Shown here piece by piece: positions 49,133 to 58,879 of a DNA stretch of 64,000 nt; positions within the stretch are counted from its first letter, which is position 1, and each line of letters opens with the position of its first letter. A program made the position numbers and the translations under genes. The notes beneath the pieces were generated by a model, which worked only from the letters and a program-made list of their open reading frames with translations, did not search any database and was not told where the DNA came from. Source of the stretch: a bacterium (GTDB lineage: Bacteria > Fibrobacterota > Fibrobacteria > UBA11236). The stretch is taken from assembly GCA_900299345.1 (NCBI GenBank), contig OMJM01000065.1, positions 16,531 through 80,530 on the forward strand. Direction: 5' to 3'.

Positions 49133-49834
49133 CTATTTAAAAAGTTGTCGGATCTCCGGCGCGGCATGTTCCGTGTACCACGAGAAATCGTGTTCTCCCT
49201 CGGGATAGAGATGCAGTTTCACTTTCGGATTGGCGTTGGCCCATTCCTTCAACAAAGGAAAAACCTGTTCCGAGGGGAAGAGGCGATCGCGTCCGCCCTG
49301 AAATACATCCCAGCGGGTGGAGAGGTAAACCGAATCTTTCAGAAGATCGTCCGAATTGATCGCCAGTGGCGGATAGGATGAGAAAAGAACGAAGCGTGAA
49401 ACTTTTCGTCGGCCTTCTTTCGCGTAGCGTAATGCGCCGAGACAGCCATCGGAAACTCCCACAATAATGAGCTTGTCCATCCGGACGGAGTAGTGGCTGG
49501 CCATATAGTTGAGCAAGGTATCGATGTGCGCCAAACCCTGTGGAGTCAGCCAATCGGCGCCTACATACGAAGAAGGACTGCACAGGTAATAGGAACCGGG
49601 CTTTACGAATGGCGGTAGCGCTTGCATGGCTGTCCAACCTTTTGCGGTGTTCTGCGAGTGCATCCCGCCATGCAGCCACAGAATCACAGGCCGTGGTTTC
49701 AACGGTTTGGGAAGAAGGATACCGCAGGCATTACTGTCCGGGCCTAATCGCAGTTTCAGAGGCTCAGACCAATCACCAGCATGCGTGAAACCCGATGCTA
49801 TCCCCAACATCAGAAGGGGAATCCAGCGACGCAT
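49133..49834 (-). CDS. alpha/beta hydrolase (esterase-like), secreted
   Basis: Signal peptide from the internal Met (MRRWIPLLMLGIASG), LWLHGG, and nucleophile elbow GVSDG. Confidence 0.6.
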   Translation of the reverse strand: MRRWIPLLMLGIASGFTHAGDWSEPLKLRLGPDSNACGILLPKPLKPRPVILWLHGGMHSQNTAKGWTAMQALPPFVKPGSYYLCSPSSYVGADWLTPQGLAHIDTLLNYMASHYSVRMDKLIIVGVSDGCLGALRYAKEGRRKVSRFVLFSSYPPLAINSDDLLKDSVYLSTRWDVFQGGRDRLFPSEQVFPLLKEWANANPKVKLHLYPEGEHDFSWYTEHAAPEIRQLFK

Positions 49835-49835
49835 A

Positions 49836-50480
49836 TTACCCGACGATTTCCTGACAGCGAAGGACAAGCTCCACATCCTTGATACCGGGAGCCGTTTCCA
49901 CCTTGCTGTTCAGATCCACCGCATAGGGCGTAACTGTTTTCAGGGCCGCTCCAAGATTTTCGGGTCCCAATCCTCCAGCCAGAAAAAAAGGACAGGGCAA
50001 AGGATTGGATTTGAGCAATGACCAGTCAAAAGCTTTTCCTGAGCCGCCAAATTCAGAATCTGCTTGTGTATCCACCAGAAAATATCGGGGCTGCTTGTCT
50101 CCATGCTCGTTCCATCCGGTGCGCAACCCGCCGAAGTCGTTTATCCGGACGTGGGGAATGGCCTTGATCACCGGAAGAGAGACGTGCTTCAAAACGTCCC
50201 AACTTTCATTGCCATGAAGTTGTATCCATCGTATTCCCGTTGTGGCAGCAACTTCGGCAATGTGTTCAGGCGACACATCGACAAACACACCCACGGGTTC
50301 CGCGTTTTTCAACCGCGCAATCATTTCCGCAGCCTTGCGCGGTTCCACGTAGCGTTTGCTTTTCGGATGGAAATTGAACCCGAGGTAATCGATCTTCAAG
50401 GCATCAAGAGCTTCGGCATCTGAAAGACGAGTGATGCCGCAGACTTTGACTTTAATACGACGATCGGTAAGGTTGTTCAT
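49836..50480 (-). CDS. trpF: phosphoribosylanthranilate isomerase
   Basis: KVCGIT, GFNFHPKS, LHG and FFLAGGL motifs of TrpF. No other trp genes in the window. Confidence 0.8.
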   Translation of the reverse strand: MNNLTDRRIKVKVCGITRLSDAEALDALKIDYLGFNFHPKSKRYVEPRKAAEMIARLKNAEPVGVFVDVSPEHIAEVAATTGIRWIQLHGNESWDVLKHVSLPVIKAIPHVRINDFGGLRTGWNEHGDKQPRYFLVDTQADSEFGGSGKAFDWSLLKSNPLPCPFFLAGGLGPENLGAALKTVTPYAVDLNSKVETAPGIKDVELVLRCQEIVG

Positions 50481-50481
50481 G

Positions 50482-50931
50482 TCACAACTCGAGCATCAGG
50501 CCACCGCGGATAACGACTCCGCCACCATAACTCCCATGGCCTTCATATTCGGAACCCAGCAGGACGCTGGAACGTTTTCCATTTCGGACATCCAGAGCTC
50601 CTCCGGCACGCCAGATGAGACCAGAGACGGAACCAGAGAATGCGTAACCGACGCCTCCCGTGGCCACGGGCATGATGGCGCGACCTACAGGCAGGCGCAC
50701 ATAGGCCGCTGCGAGAACGGGAATGGCTGATGCATCCCCTCCAACGCCTTGTCCGGACTGTACGCCCAGCAAAACCTGGTCATCGAATTTGTAATACCCG
50801 GCGAGATTATATCCGAAATCCATGTTCTTGAATCCGGAGAGCGCCTGAACACCCAGGTTTCCGGTGAATGCTATTCCAGAAAACGCGGGTACCGCGCAAA
50901 TCAAAGCACAGAATAATCCGCGCAGAAGCAT
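50482..50931 (-). CDS. small outer-membrane beta-barrel-like protein
   Basis: Signal peptide. Gly-rich alternating hydrophobic beta-strand pattern. 149 aa. Confidence 0.45.
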   Translation of the reverse strand: MLLRGLFCALICAVPAFSGIAFTGNLGVQALSGFKNMDFGYNLAGYYKFDDQVLLGVQSGQGVGGDASAIPVLAAAYVRLPVGRAIMPVATGGVGYAFSGSVSGLIWRAGGALDVRNGKRSSVLLGSEYEGHGSYGGGVVIRGGLMLEL

Positions 50932-50977
50932 GGTCGAAAGGTAATTCGGAGTTGCGGAACGAATTGTCCGCAGGGTT

Positions 50978-52207
50978 TCAGTTGGGGTATTCGCCGGCCT
51001 GAATACGGGAAGAAGTCAGCACCGGGGAGGAAATGGTCTCGCGGTGGGCCGGAGCCCGTTCGATGCGTTTCCACGTCCCCGTATCTTTTTTGGTGAATAA
51101 CGACTTGAACAATCCCATCAACAATGCCGCATTCATGGAAACGAAGTAGAACGGAATCAGAAGAAACTTGTACTTGCGGGTACGTCCATTGCCGAAGTAG
51201 CCGATGGCGGCGCATGCATAACAGAAGGCTTGAATACCGAGCAATCCCGCATACAACGGGGAAGTTGGAGCCAGCGCTGCGTTTGCCCCAATAAGGAACA
51301 ACAAAATCAAAGGAGCGATCCAGCGGAGGAATTTGTGGGAGAAGAATGCGTAAGTCACCAATGGGCGGAGAGGATTAAGCAAAGGAATGTATTTGAGCAG
51401 CAGGTTGAAATTGGCCTGGCTGATGCGCACCTTGCGGTGGAATTCGCCATAGGCGTCGAGCGAGGTTTCTTCGCTGCCAATGGCTTGAGGTTCGTAAACG
51501 GCGTCCTTGCCAGAAATGAGGACGCGCGTGGTTACGAAGAAATCATCCATCACCTTGCGGTCGGTGGGAATGGGGGAGAACAGCTCCTTGCGGATTGCGT
51601 AGATGCCTCCGTTGGCGCCGATAACCACGCCGAGACCGCCTTCCAGTTTCTTGATTTCCGATTCAAGATTCCAGTAAATGCTTTCTCCGATGCCGAGAGC
51701 CGAGTTGCCGGCATCGTGCAGGATGAGGCGCCCACACACACAACCCACGGCAGGATCGTCAAAAGGAGCCAGCAATTTTTGCAGGGCGTTTTTGAGAAGC
51801 ATCGTATTGGCGTCGCAGAATACCACGATATCGCCCTGGGCGTTGGGAACCAACTGGTTCAGAACAGCCGCTTTTCCAGAACGTTGGGGGAAGGCGAAGA
51901 GTTTGATGTCCGGGGCATATTGGGCCACGATGGCTTCGGTGCGATCCGTGGAACCGTCTGAGCCGATCAGGATCTCAAAATCTTCACGAGGAAATTCCAG
52001 TTCAAAGGAATTCCGGATTTTTTCCTCGATAACTTTTTCCTCGTTGTAGGCTGCCAGAATCATCGAGATTTTGTGACGACCCGTGGGAGCATTTTCGTTA
52101 CGGCTGCGCCGTCCGAAAAACGTTTTCAACACCGGAAGAGACAGCGGATAAAGAGAGTACGTGTGAACAAGGAGCGCGACTCCGATCCAGAAGGCCAGTT
52201 CCATCAA
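50978..52207 (-). CDS. glycosyltransferase family 2 (membrane-embedded, processive type)
   Basis: GT-A motifs (ILAAYNEE, GSDGSTD, VFCDAN) plus C-terminal TM helices. Confidence 0.75.
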   Translation of the reverse strand: MMELAFWIGVALLVHTYSLYPLSLPVLKTFFGRRSRNENAPTGRHKISMILAAYNEEKVIEEKIRNSFELEFPREDFEILIGSDGSTDRTEAIVAQYAPDIKLFAFPQRSGKAAVLNQLVPNAQGDIVVFCDANTMLLKNALQKLLAPFDDPAVGCVCGRLILHDAGNSALGIGESIYWNLESEIKKLEGGLGVVIGANGGIYAIRKELFSPIPTDRKVMDDFFVTTRVLISGKDAVYEPQAIGSEETSLDAYGEFHRKVRISQANFNLLLKYIPLLNPLRPLVTYAFFSHKFLRWIAPLILLFLIGANAALAPTSPLYAGLLGIQAFCYACAAIGYFGNGRTRKYKFLLIPFYFVSMNAALLMGLFKSLFTKKDTGTWKRIERAPAHRETISSPVLTSSRIQAGEYPN

Positions 52208-52695
52208 CCGGCTCCTTTGAGATAATCGTCAAAGCTCACTTTGCGTTCGCGCGCACCCGAGGAGATGTAAGTCAGCAGTTTTGCCATGAGATCCGGCTCT
52301 GCGTATGAGGAGTAGCTGCCGACGATTTCGCCTTTGGGATTGATGAAGATCATGGTGGGCAGGCCGTCTATGCGCCACAAGGAAGCCAGTTCCCGCGACG
52401 TCATTTTGTGACCTTTCCAGACCACGGGCGTTTCACCGTCCGAATCCAGCTTCACGCTGACAAAGTTCTTGTCGAGTTCCGCAACCACCGTCGGTGCGCG
52501 GAAGGTGACCAAGTCCAATTGTTTGCAGTACCCGCACCAATCGGCATACACGTCCACGAATACGTATTTCCCCTTGGAGATGGCGTTTTGGACACCCTCG
52601 GTAAAAGGAGCCCATTTCACAGGATTCGGTTTTTCCGCCCGCAGGGGGAGCGCTGTCAGCAGCGCCAGAAACAGGAAAGATGCCGGGGTCCGCAT
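52204..52695 (-). CDS. secreted thioredoxin-fold protein (WCGYC active site)
   Basis: Signal peptide and a CxxC motif in DVYADWCGYCKQL. Thiol:disulfide oxidoreductase-like. Confidence 0.65.
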   Translation of the reverse strand: MRTPASFLFLALLTALPLRAEKPNPVKWAPFTEGVQNAISKGKYVFVDVYADWCGYCKQLDLVTFRAPTVVAELDKNFVSVKLDSDGETPVVWKGHKMTSRELASLWRIDGLPTMIFINPKGEIVGSYSSYAEPDLMAKLLTYISSGARERKVSFDDYLKGAG

Positions 52696-52700
52696 AATGA

Positions 52701-53030
52701 TTAGATGGAGGCTTCGAGTTTTTCCACGATTTTGCTCTTGGGATACGCTCCCACGAGCTGTTGCACCACCTGTCCGTTTTTGAAGAAAAGCATGGTGGGA
52801 ATGCTGCGGATTCCGTAACGGGTCGCGATGTCTGGAGCCAAATCGGTGTTCAACTTGCCGACCTTTGCCTTCCCATCATACGACTGTGACAATTCATCCA
52901 CGATCGGAGCCACCATACGGCAGGGACCGCACCACTCTGCCCAGAAATCCACCATCACGGTGCCGGAAAACTGGCTGACTTCCTTGTCGAAATTGTCGCT
53001 GGTCAACTGGACCACATGTTCACTGGCCAT
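52701..53030 (-). CDS. trxA: thioredoxin
   Basis: 109 aa. WCGPC active site. Canonical TrxA length and motifs. Confidence 0.9.
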   Translation of the reverse strand: MASEHVVQLTSDNFDKEVSQFSGTVMVDFWAEWCGPCRMVAPIVDELSQSYDGKAKVGKLNTDLAPDIATRYGIRSIPTMLFFKNGQVVQQLVGAYPKSKIVEKLEASI

Positions 53031-53413
53031 TATTTTGCTCCTTTTCCTTGTTTTTGCAGGGCATCCATGCGGGTGACAACCTGTTCCTGAAAGTTTTTCC
53101 AGGCATTGGGATGGTTCGCGAGACGCACAAAATTTTCATGGAACTCAGCAGGCGTCATCCTGTGCTGGGCCAGAATGGCCCGGCGCACTTCGTTGGCCTT
53201 GGAGGGGTCTTGGGCGGACGCGACAGATGCCAGCTTAAGTTCCACGTATAAATTTACAAACTCCCCATCAGGGGTATAGTGCCCTTCTTGGCAGCCCAAA
53301 AAAGCCAATAGCACCACAAAAGAGGCTTTTTTCGCGATGTTCGTGGATGATTTTTGACGAGACAAAACGGCCTCTCCTTGTACCGAAAACTTAAGCCCGA
53401 TTTTTGGGCTCAT
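53030..53413 (-). CDS. hypothetical lipoprotein (DUF4296-like)
   Basis: Lipobox FLGC. Small helical protein. Family assignment is tentative. Confidence 0.4.
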   Translation of the reverse strand: MSPKIGLKFSVQGEAVLSRQKSSTNIAKKASFVVLLAFLGCQEGHYTPDGEFVNLYVELKLASVASAQDPSKANEVRRAILAQHRMTPAEFHENFVRLANHPNAWKNFQEQVVTRMDALQKQGKGAK

Positions 53414-53470
53414 GCGTCCCCAAAAGGCTCTTTCTCTGTCATGGTTGCGTCAAGATAATCCACGTTTGCG

Positions 53471-54373
53471 TCACGGCCCGAAGAGGCCTTGAGCGTAACT
53501 CACGGGGTCAAAAGGAATTAAATCGTCCAAACCTTCGCCGACGCCGATCCAGCTTACAGGTACCCCAAATTCATGTGTCAGCGTCAGCACAGCGCCACCC
53601 TTTGCGGTTCCGTCCAACTTGGTCACCACCAGGCCGGTTAAAGTTGCGGCGACACCGAATCCCTTGAATTGTGGCAACGCATTCTGGCCCGTGTTTCCGT
53701 CGATGACGAGCAGGGTTTCATGTGGCAGGGAGGCATCGTGTTTACGGAGCACGCGTACCAGTTTGCGAAGCTCCTCCATCAAGTTGTCCTTGGTGTGCAA
53801 ACGGCCCGCCGTGTCGATCAATAAGAGATCGCATCCACGAGCCTTGGCTGCTGCATAGGCATCGTAGGCCACCGAAGCAGCGTCCGTGCCTTCCTGATGC
53901 TTGACGATCTCCACCCCGGCACGAGTGGCCCAGACATCCAATTGTGAAATGGCTCCTGCACGGAAAGTATCACAAGCAGCCAGCAGAACCTTCTTCCCCT
54001 GACTGGAAAATTGGTGTGCCACCTTGGCGATGGAGGTGGTTTTGCCCGCGCCATTCACGCCCACGAACATGATGACATGGGGTTTGGAGTCGAAGTTCGA
54101 TGGGGGTGATGTCTGCAGCAGCACTTTGGCTTCTTCGGCCATCCACGCGAGCAATTGGGAATGATCGATTTCCTGTCCGCGCGCGCGTTTGCGGACTCCT
54201 TCGAGGATGAGGTGGGCGGTGTCCCAGCCAATATCCGCCGCGAGGAGTTTTTCCTCCAGCGCCTCGATGGTTTCATCGGTGAGTTTGCCCTTGCCGAAAA
54301 CGGCCTGGATCTCCCGCGACACAGTCTGGCGGGTACGGGAAAGCCCTTGAATGATTTTATCGAAAAAACCCAT
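53471..54373 (-). CDS. ftsY: signal recognition particle receptor FtsY
   Basis: NG domain with GVNGAGKTT, DTFRAGA, DTAGR and TKLD motifs. 300 aa, short form. Confidence 0.9.
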   Translation of the reverse strand: MGFFDKIIQGLSRTRQTVSREIQAVFGKGKLTDETIEALEEKLLAADIGWDTAHLILEGVRKRARGQEIDHSQLLAWMAEEAKVLLQTSPPSNFDSKPHVIMFVGVNGAGKTTSIAKVAHQFSSQGKKVLLAACDTFRAGAISQLDVWATRAGVEIVKHQEGTDAASVAYDAYAAAKARGCDLLLIDTAGRLHTKDNLMEELRKLVRVLRKHDASLPHETLLVIDGNTGQNALPQFKGFGVAATLTGLVVTKLDGTAKGGAVLTLTHEFGVPVSWIGVGEGLDDLIPFDPVSYAQGLFGP

Positions 54374-54412
54374 GAGGAAATCCGGCCTGCTTGGGCCGTG
54401 AAGAAGTCGCGG

Positions 54413-55009
54413 TTACAGCCGGTTTTCGATGAAGTCGATCATGCCGTATGTCTTGGCTTCCTCGGCGGTCATGAAACGATCGCGATCCGTGTCGGCTTCG
54501 ATCTTGTCCACGGGATGTCCGGTGTGATCTGCCAGGATTTTGTTCAGCGATTGGCGGATGCGCAGCATTTCTTCGGCTTGGATTTGAATATCTGAGGCGG
54601 GGCCGTACATATGGCCGGAAATGAGCGGCTGATGGATCATCACGCGGGCGTTCGGCCACGCATAGCGCTTGCCCTTGCGACCTGCAGCGAGCAACACAGC
54701 GCCCATGCTGGCGGCTTGTCCGCACACGACCGTCGCTACAGGAGATTTCACCGCCTGCATCACGTCGTAAATGGCGAGGCCGGAGGAGATGACACCACCC
54801 GGGCTGTTGATGTAAAGGGTAATCTCTTCTTGATTCTGGGAATCCAGATACAACAACTGCTTGACGATTTTTTCCGCGACAAGATCATCCACCGCAGACC
54901 ACAGGAAAATCTTGCGCTGTTTGATGAAGGATTCGGCGATTTCCTTGGCAAGGAAGGATTGTTGTTCTTCCTTGTCTTTTTCCTTGTCGTCCATGCGGAT
55001 GGGTTGCAT
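54413..55009 (-). CDS. clpP: ATP-dependent Clp protease proteolytic subunit
   Basis: Ser-His-Asp triad context (GQAASMGAVLL, IHQP). 198 aa. Confidence 0.9.
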   Translation of the reverse strand: MQPIRMDDKEKDKEEQQSFLAKEIAESFIKQRKIFLWSAVDDLVAEKIVKQLLYLDSQNQEEITLYINSPGGVISSGLAIYDVMQAVKSPVATVVCGQAASMGAVLLAAGRKGKRYAWPNARVMIHQPLISGHMYGPASDIQIQAEEMLRIRQSLNKILADHTGHPVDKIEADTDRDRFMTAEEAKTYGMIDFIENRL

Positions 55010-55083
55010 AAAAGCCTCGTGGTTACGGGTCGATAAGATACATCGGCCTGAGGGCTATGGAAACGCGTTTCAGAACGGAACGG

Positions 55084-56511
55084 TCAGTTGACGGATACGG
55101 AACCGTCGGGATTGTCCTTGAGCACAAAGCCTCGATCGCGGAATTGATCGCGGATCGCGTCACTGCGCTTCCAGTCCTTGTTCTTTCGGGCTTCGGCGCG
55201 CTCGGTGAGCAAGGATTTGAGATCATCGGGTAATTCCACAGCCTCGGATGTTTCCGCCTCGGTGAGACCCAGCCCAAGCAGGCGATCCCATTCCACGATC
55301 AGCCCGGCCTTCTCGCCTTCCAGCACGTCCGGATCTTTCAGCGCGAGATTCAGAATGCCGAGCGCTTGCGGGAAGTTGAGATCGTCGCACACGGACTCGA
55401 GAAATTTGGTTCGCCACTCCAAACCGCGATCCGAACGGATCGGCGTGGCTTTTCCGATCAGGGGGTCGGTGCGTTTGCGCAGGTTGCGGAGTGAGTCGCG
55501 CGCGGAGTCGAGTCCTGCGTGGCTGAAGTTGAGATAGTTCCGGTAATGCGCGGTGAGGCAAAAGTACCGGTAATCCATGGGGGAATATCCCTGTTTCACC
55601 AGCACGTCCAAAGTGACAAACTCGCCCGCGGATTTGGACATCTTGCCGCCCTTGCCGTCACCGTCCGGCGCCTCCAGCAGCCAGCCGCCGTGCAACCAGA
55701 AGCGTGCGAACGGTTTCCCGGTGGCGCATTCGGATTGCGCGATTTCGTTGGTGTGATGCACACGGATGTGATCTGCGCCGCCGCAGTGAATGTCCAGAGT
55801 TTCGCCGAGGAGTTTCATGGCCATGGCAGAACATTCCACGTGCCAGCCTGGAAAACCGCGTCCCCATGGTGAATCCCATTCCATCTGGCGTTGTGCGTCA
55901 GAGGGTGAAAATTTCCACAACGCGAAGTCGGTGGGATTGCGTTTGCCTTCGGTGACGGCCACGCGCGCGCCGGCCTGCAATCCTTCGATGTCGAGTTTGG
56001 CGAAATCCGGATAGCGCGGGAATTTCGCGGTGTCGAAGTAGATGCCGTCATTGGGAACAGTGTAGGTGTAGTCCTTTTTCTCCAGTTCCTGAATCAATGC
56101 AATCTGCTCCGCGATATGCGCGGTGGCGCGCGGCCAAGCGGTCGGCTCCAACAACCGCAGAGCCTTCCAATCTTTCTGGAACGCCTGCGTGTAATACTCG
56201 GCGATGTCCCACGCGCTTTTGCCTTCGCGGCGCGCGCCCTTTTCCATCTTGTCCTCGCCCGTGTCGGCGTCGGAAGTGAGATGGCCCACGTCGGTGATGT
56301 TCACGACGTGATTCACGTTGTAACCCAGGGCTTCCAAGGTCCGCCGCAACAAATCCTCGAACACGTAGGTGCGCAGGTTGCCGATGTGCGCGAAGTGGTA
56401 CACCGTGGGGCCGCAACAATACACCTTCACCAATCCGGGAGTCAGCGACTCAAAGGCATCCTTGTTGCGGGTGGCGGTGTTATAAAGGTGAAGCTGCATT
56501 GGGAGGGCCAA
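55084..56511 (-). CDS. cysS: cysteine--tRNA ligase
   Basis: HIGN (HIGH-type) and KMSKS motifs. Zinc-binding Cys. 475 aa. Confidence 0.9.
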   Translation of the reverse strand: MALPMQLHLYNTATRNKDAFESLTPGLVKVYCCGPTVYHFAHIGNLRTYVFEDLLRRTLEALGYNVNHVVNITDVGHLTSDADTGEDKMEKGARREGKSAWDIAEYYTQAFQKDWKALRLLEPTAWPRATAHIAEQIALIQELEKKDYTYTVPNDGIYFDTAKFPRYPDFAKLDIEGLQAGARVAVTEGKRNPTDFALWKFSPSDAQRQMEWDSPWGRGFPGWHVECSAMAMKLLGETLDIHCGGADHIRVHHTNEIAQSECATGKPFARFWLHGGWLLEAPDGDGKGGKMSKSAGEFVTLDVLVKQGYSPMDYRYFCLTAHYRNYLNFSHAGLDSARDSLRNLRKRTDPLIGKATPIRSDRGLEWRTKFLESVCDDLNFPQALGILNLALKDPDVLEGEKAGLIVEWDRLLGLGLTEAETSEAVELPDDLKSLLTERAEARKNKDWKRSDAIRDQFRDRGFVLKDNPDGSVSVN

Positions 56512-56550
56512 AGGTAAAAAGGGACTGACAGGTAAAGGTCGGATTCTATG

Positions 56551-57405
56551 TCAGGAGGTAGAGGAAACGGGTTTTTTGGGTGCCAAAATTGAAAGGCCCA
56601 CACCACCCAAAGTTGCCACACCGGAAAACAACAGACGCAAAGACGGCCTTTCGCCGAGCATGAGGATTCCTCCTGCCGCCGCAAAAATTGGAACAGAAAG
56701 TTGAACGATGGCCGCGATGGTGGCATTGATGTTCCGCAAGGCAGAGTACCAAAGCGCGTATCCCAAACCGGAAGTCACGGATCCCGAGAGGATGGCCCAC
56801 ATTGCCCCGGCAGGGGAGACTTGAATCCCGTGCACCCACACGATGACCATCAGTGGCAGCGCCAATGGCGTTGCCTTGATAAAATTATCGGCAGTGACTC
56901 CAATGGGGTCTCTTACGCCGCGACCGCGCAGGGAATAAGTTCCCCATGCGATTCCCGCCACCGTCATCAAGGTGGAACCTTCCAGTGGAGGTGCCTTCAA
57001 TCCGGGCGACACGAGATAGACGAGTCCCGAGAAGGCCAGCGCAAAACCGATCCATTGAAGTGCGCGAAGTTTTTCACCTCCGAGCAGTCCGGCAAGCAGC
57101 ATGGTGATTTGTACGGAGGCGAAAAGAATCAGCGCCCCGGTTCCTGCACCCAATGTGATATAGGCGAGGGAAAATGCTCCCGCATAGATGAATAGTGACA
57201 GCGCGGACGCCCAGCTGCCCCCAGTGCCGCCATGCCAATTGCGTCGGGAAACCCCCACGACGATCCACAGTGTGAGTGCGCCGGAAAGCAGACGCAGCAC
57301 GGTAAATTCCATCGGCGCAATGGAAGAAGCGCCTAGTGCCATGCGACACAATACCGAGTTGGCGGCGAAAGCGATCAAGGACAACAACGTCAAAAGGAAA
57401 ATCAT
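56551..57405 (-). CDS. DMT superfamily transporter (EamA-like)
   Basis: 10-TM protein with two EamA-like halves. Overlaps the upstream SagB-like gene by 4 nt. Confidence 0.75.
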   Translation of the reverse strand: MIFLLTLLSLIAFAANSVLCRMALGASSIAPMEFTVLRLLSGALTLWIVVGVSRRNWHGGTGGSWASALSLFIYAGAFSLAYITLGAGTGALILFASVQITMLLAGLLGGEKLRALQWIGFALAFSGLVYLVSPGLKAPPLEGSTLMTVAGIAWGTYSLRGRGVRDPIGVTADNFIKATPLALPLMVIVWVHGIQVSPAGAMWAILSGSVTSGLGYALWYSALRNINATIAAIVQLSVPIFAAAGGILMLGERPSLRLLFSGVATLGGVGLSILAPKKPVSSTS

Positions 57406-58859
57406 TCGTCGGGCACACCCACGGTGGTCAAGTAAAGAATCCCGTGGGTCAACGGCAAATCGAGCATTTCATTGGCCCAGTCGTCGTAATACCCGCCAAT
57501 GCCGGAAGAGCCCAAGCCGCGATGCACTGCCCACAGTTGGATGCGTTCTCCGATTTGCCCGGCGTCCATGCAAGCGTAGCGATAGCCCCGATCTCCGTAA
57601 GCGGAGACAAGTTCGGCCATGTCCGCCGTGTGGAACAAAGCGAAGGAGCATTCCGCAGTCAACTCTTGTCCCAGTCCGATGCCGTGCAGTTCTTCGCGGA
57701 AGTCGTCGCGCTTCTTCAACGTCCATTCCAACGTTTCCGGATTCAGATCATAAAGACCTGGTTCCCGTCCATCCACCGCCAGCACAACGATGTGAAACGC
57801 GAGGCAACCCGGAGCCAAACGCCAATCGGGTCCTTTGCTGCGGAATGCGAAGCGCAACATGTCTTCTGCTTCCTTCAAAAGCATTGAGCCGCTGTTGAAC
57901 TTGCGCGTGGAACGGCGATTCGGGATGACGGTCTGCGGATTGAATTTCTCGAAGTCGCAAGGCAGCGAAGAGGCCGTAGTCACTACGGACGGGCGCAAGG
58001 GGAGATCTGCATAGATGCGTTCACAAGTATTCTGCTGTATTTGCATCGGATCGTGGATGTCCGCGCGCTTCGCCGCTTCGTTGGGCAATGCGCTGGGAAG
58101 CTGTCCAATGTTTTTGGGCAAGGTTCCCTGCGATCCCAATGCAATACCCAATAATGGAAATTCCTCTTTGGGCATCAGGAAAAACAATTCCTCCAAACCA
58201 CTGTCGTAAAATCCGCCAATGGCAGTTGCATCCAGTCTCAAGGCATTTGCGACTTCTAGCAGGTTGGCGGCGGCATGCCCGGTGTCGAGCAGGATGCGGC
58301 GATAGGCCCGCTCTTTGTAGCGCCATGCGCTGCGCCCATACATGCCGGTAAACAAAATCAAGCACCGGCATTTTTCGATGGCGGGATGATCCGCAAAGTG
58401 ATGTTTGAGGTCCGCGAAGAAATCGCCTTCCCACACCGGGATCAACGCAGACTTCTGCGCGTGGTAGTGATACAATCCCGCCGGAAGATCAGAGAATTCC
58501 CGTGCGGCGACATACAGCTCGGTGGGATAGAGTCCTCCTGCCGAGGGCGCGGCGCGCAAGAACAGATCCGAACCGCCCATCCCAGAAACCCGTGCTGTGA
58601 TGCCCAAGGTGAAATACAACAGACGCGACAAAGCCGGCAGGGCTTCCTGTTTGAGTCCGGCTTCAATGGTTTGCTGAGAGGAGGGATTTTCAAATGAGTC
58701 AAACAAGGCTTTAAGATGGGGAACCAAATCGATCTTCCGTCCGGGCGGAATGTCCTTGAACGGCTCGGGTTGCTGATCCCAGCGCACACTTCCCAGCTTG
58801 TCGATGGTTTCAGGCCGGTATTTGGTGAATTCGTGATAGCGTTCGGTGAAACTGGCCAC
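57402..58859 (-). CDS. SagB/ThcOx-family dehydrogenase (tandem nitroreductase-like domains)
   Basis: SagB-type signature SAGGLYPTELYV in the first half. A second nitroreductase-like half with GLYDLNPETL. 485 aa. Confidence 0.7.
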   Translation of the reverse strand: MASFTERYHEFTKYRPETIDKLGSVRWDQQPEPFKDIPPGRKIDLVPHLKALFDSFENPSSQQTIEAGLKQEALPALSRLLYFTLGITARVSGMGGSDLFLRAAPSAGGLYPTELYVAAREFSDLPAGLYHYHAQKSALIPVWEGDFFADLKHHFADHPAIEKCRCLILFTGMYGRSAWRYKERAYRRILLDTGHAAANLLEVANALRLDATAIGGFYDSGLEELFFLMPKEEFPLLGIALGSQGTLPKNIGQLPSALPNEAAKRADIHDPMQIQQNTCERIYADLPLRPSVVTTASSLPCDFEKFNPQTVIPNRRSTRKFNSGSMLLKEAEDMLRFAFRSKGPDWRLAPGCLAFHIVVLAVDGREPGLYDLNPETLEWTLKKRDDFREELHGIGLGQELTAECSFALFHTADMAELVSAYGDRGYRYACMDAGQIGERIQLWAVHRGLGSSGIGGYYDDWANEMLDLPLTHGILYLTTVGVPDE

Positions 58860-58879
58860 GTCCCAATATTAGGCAGGAG

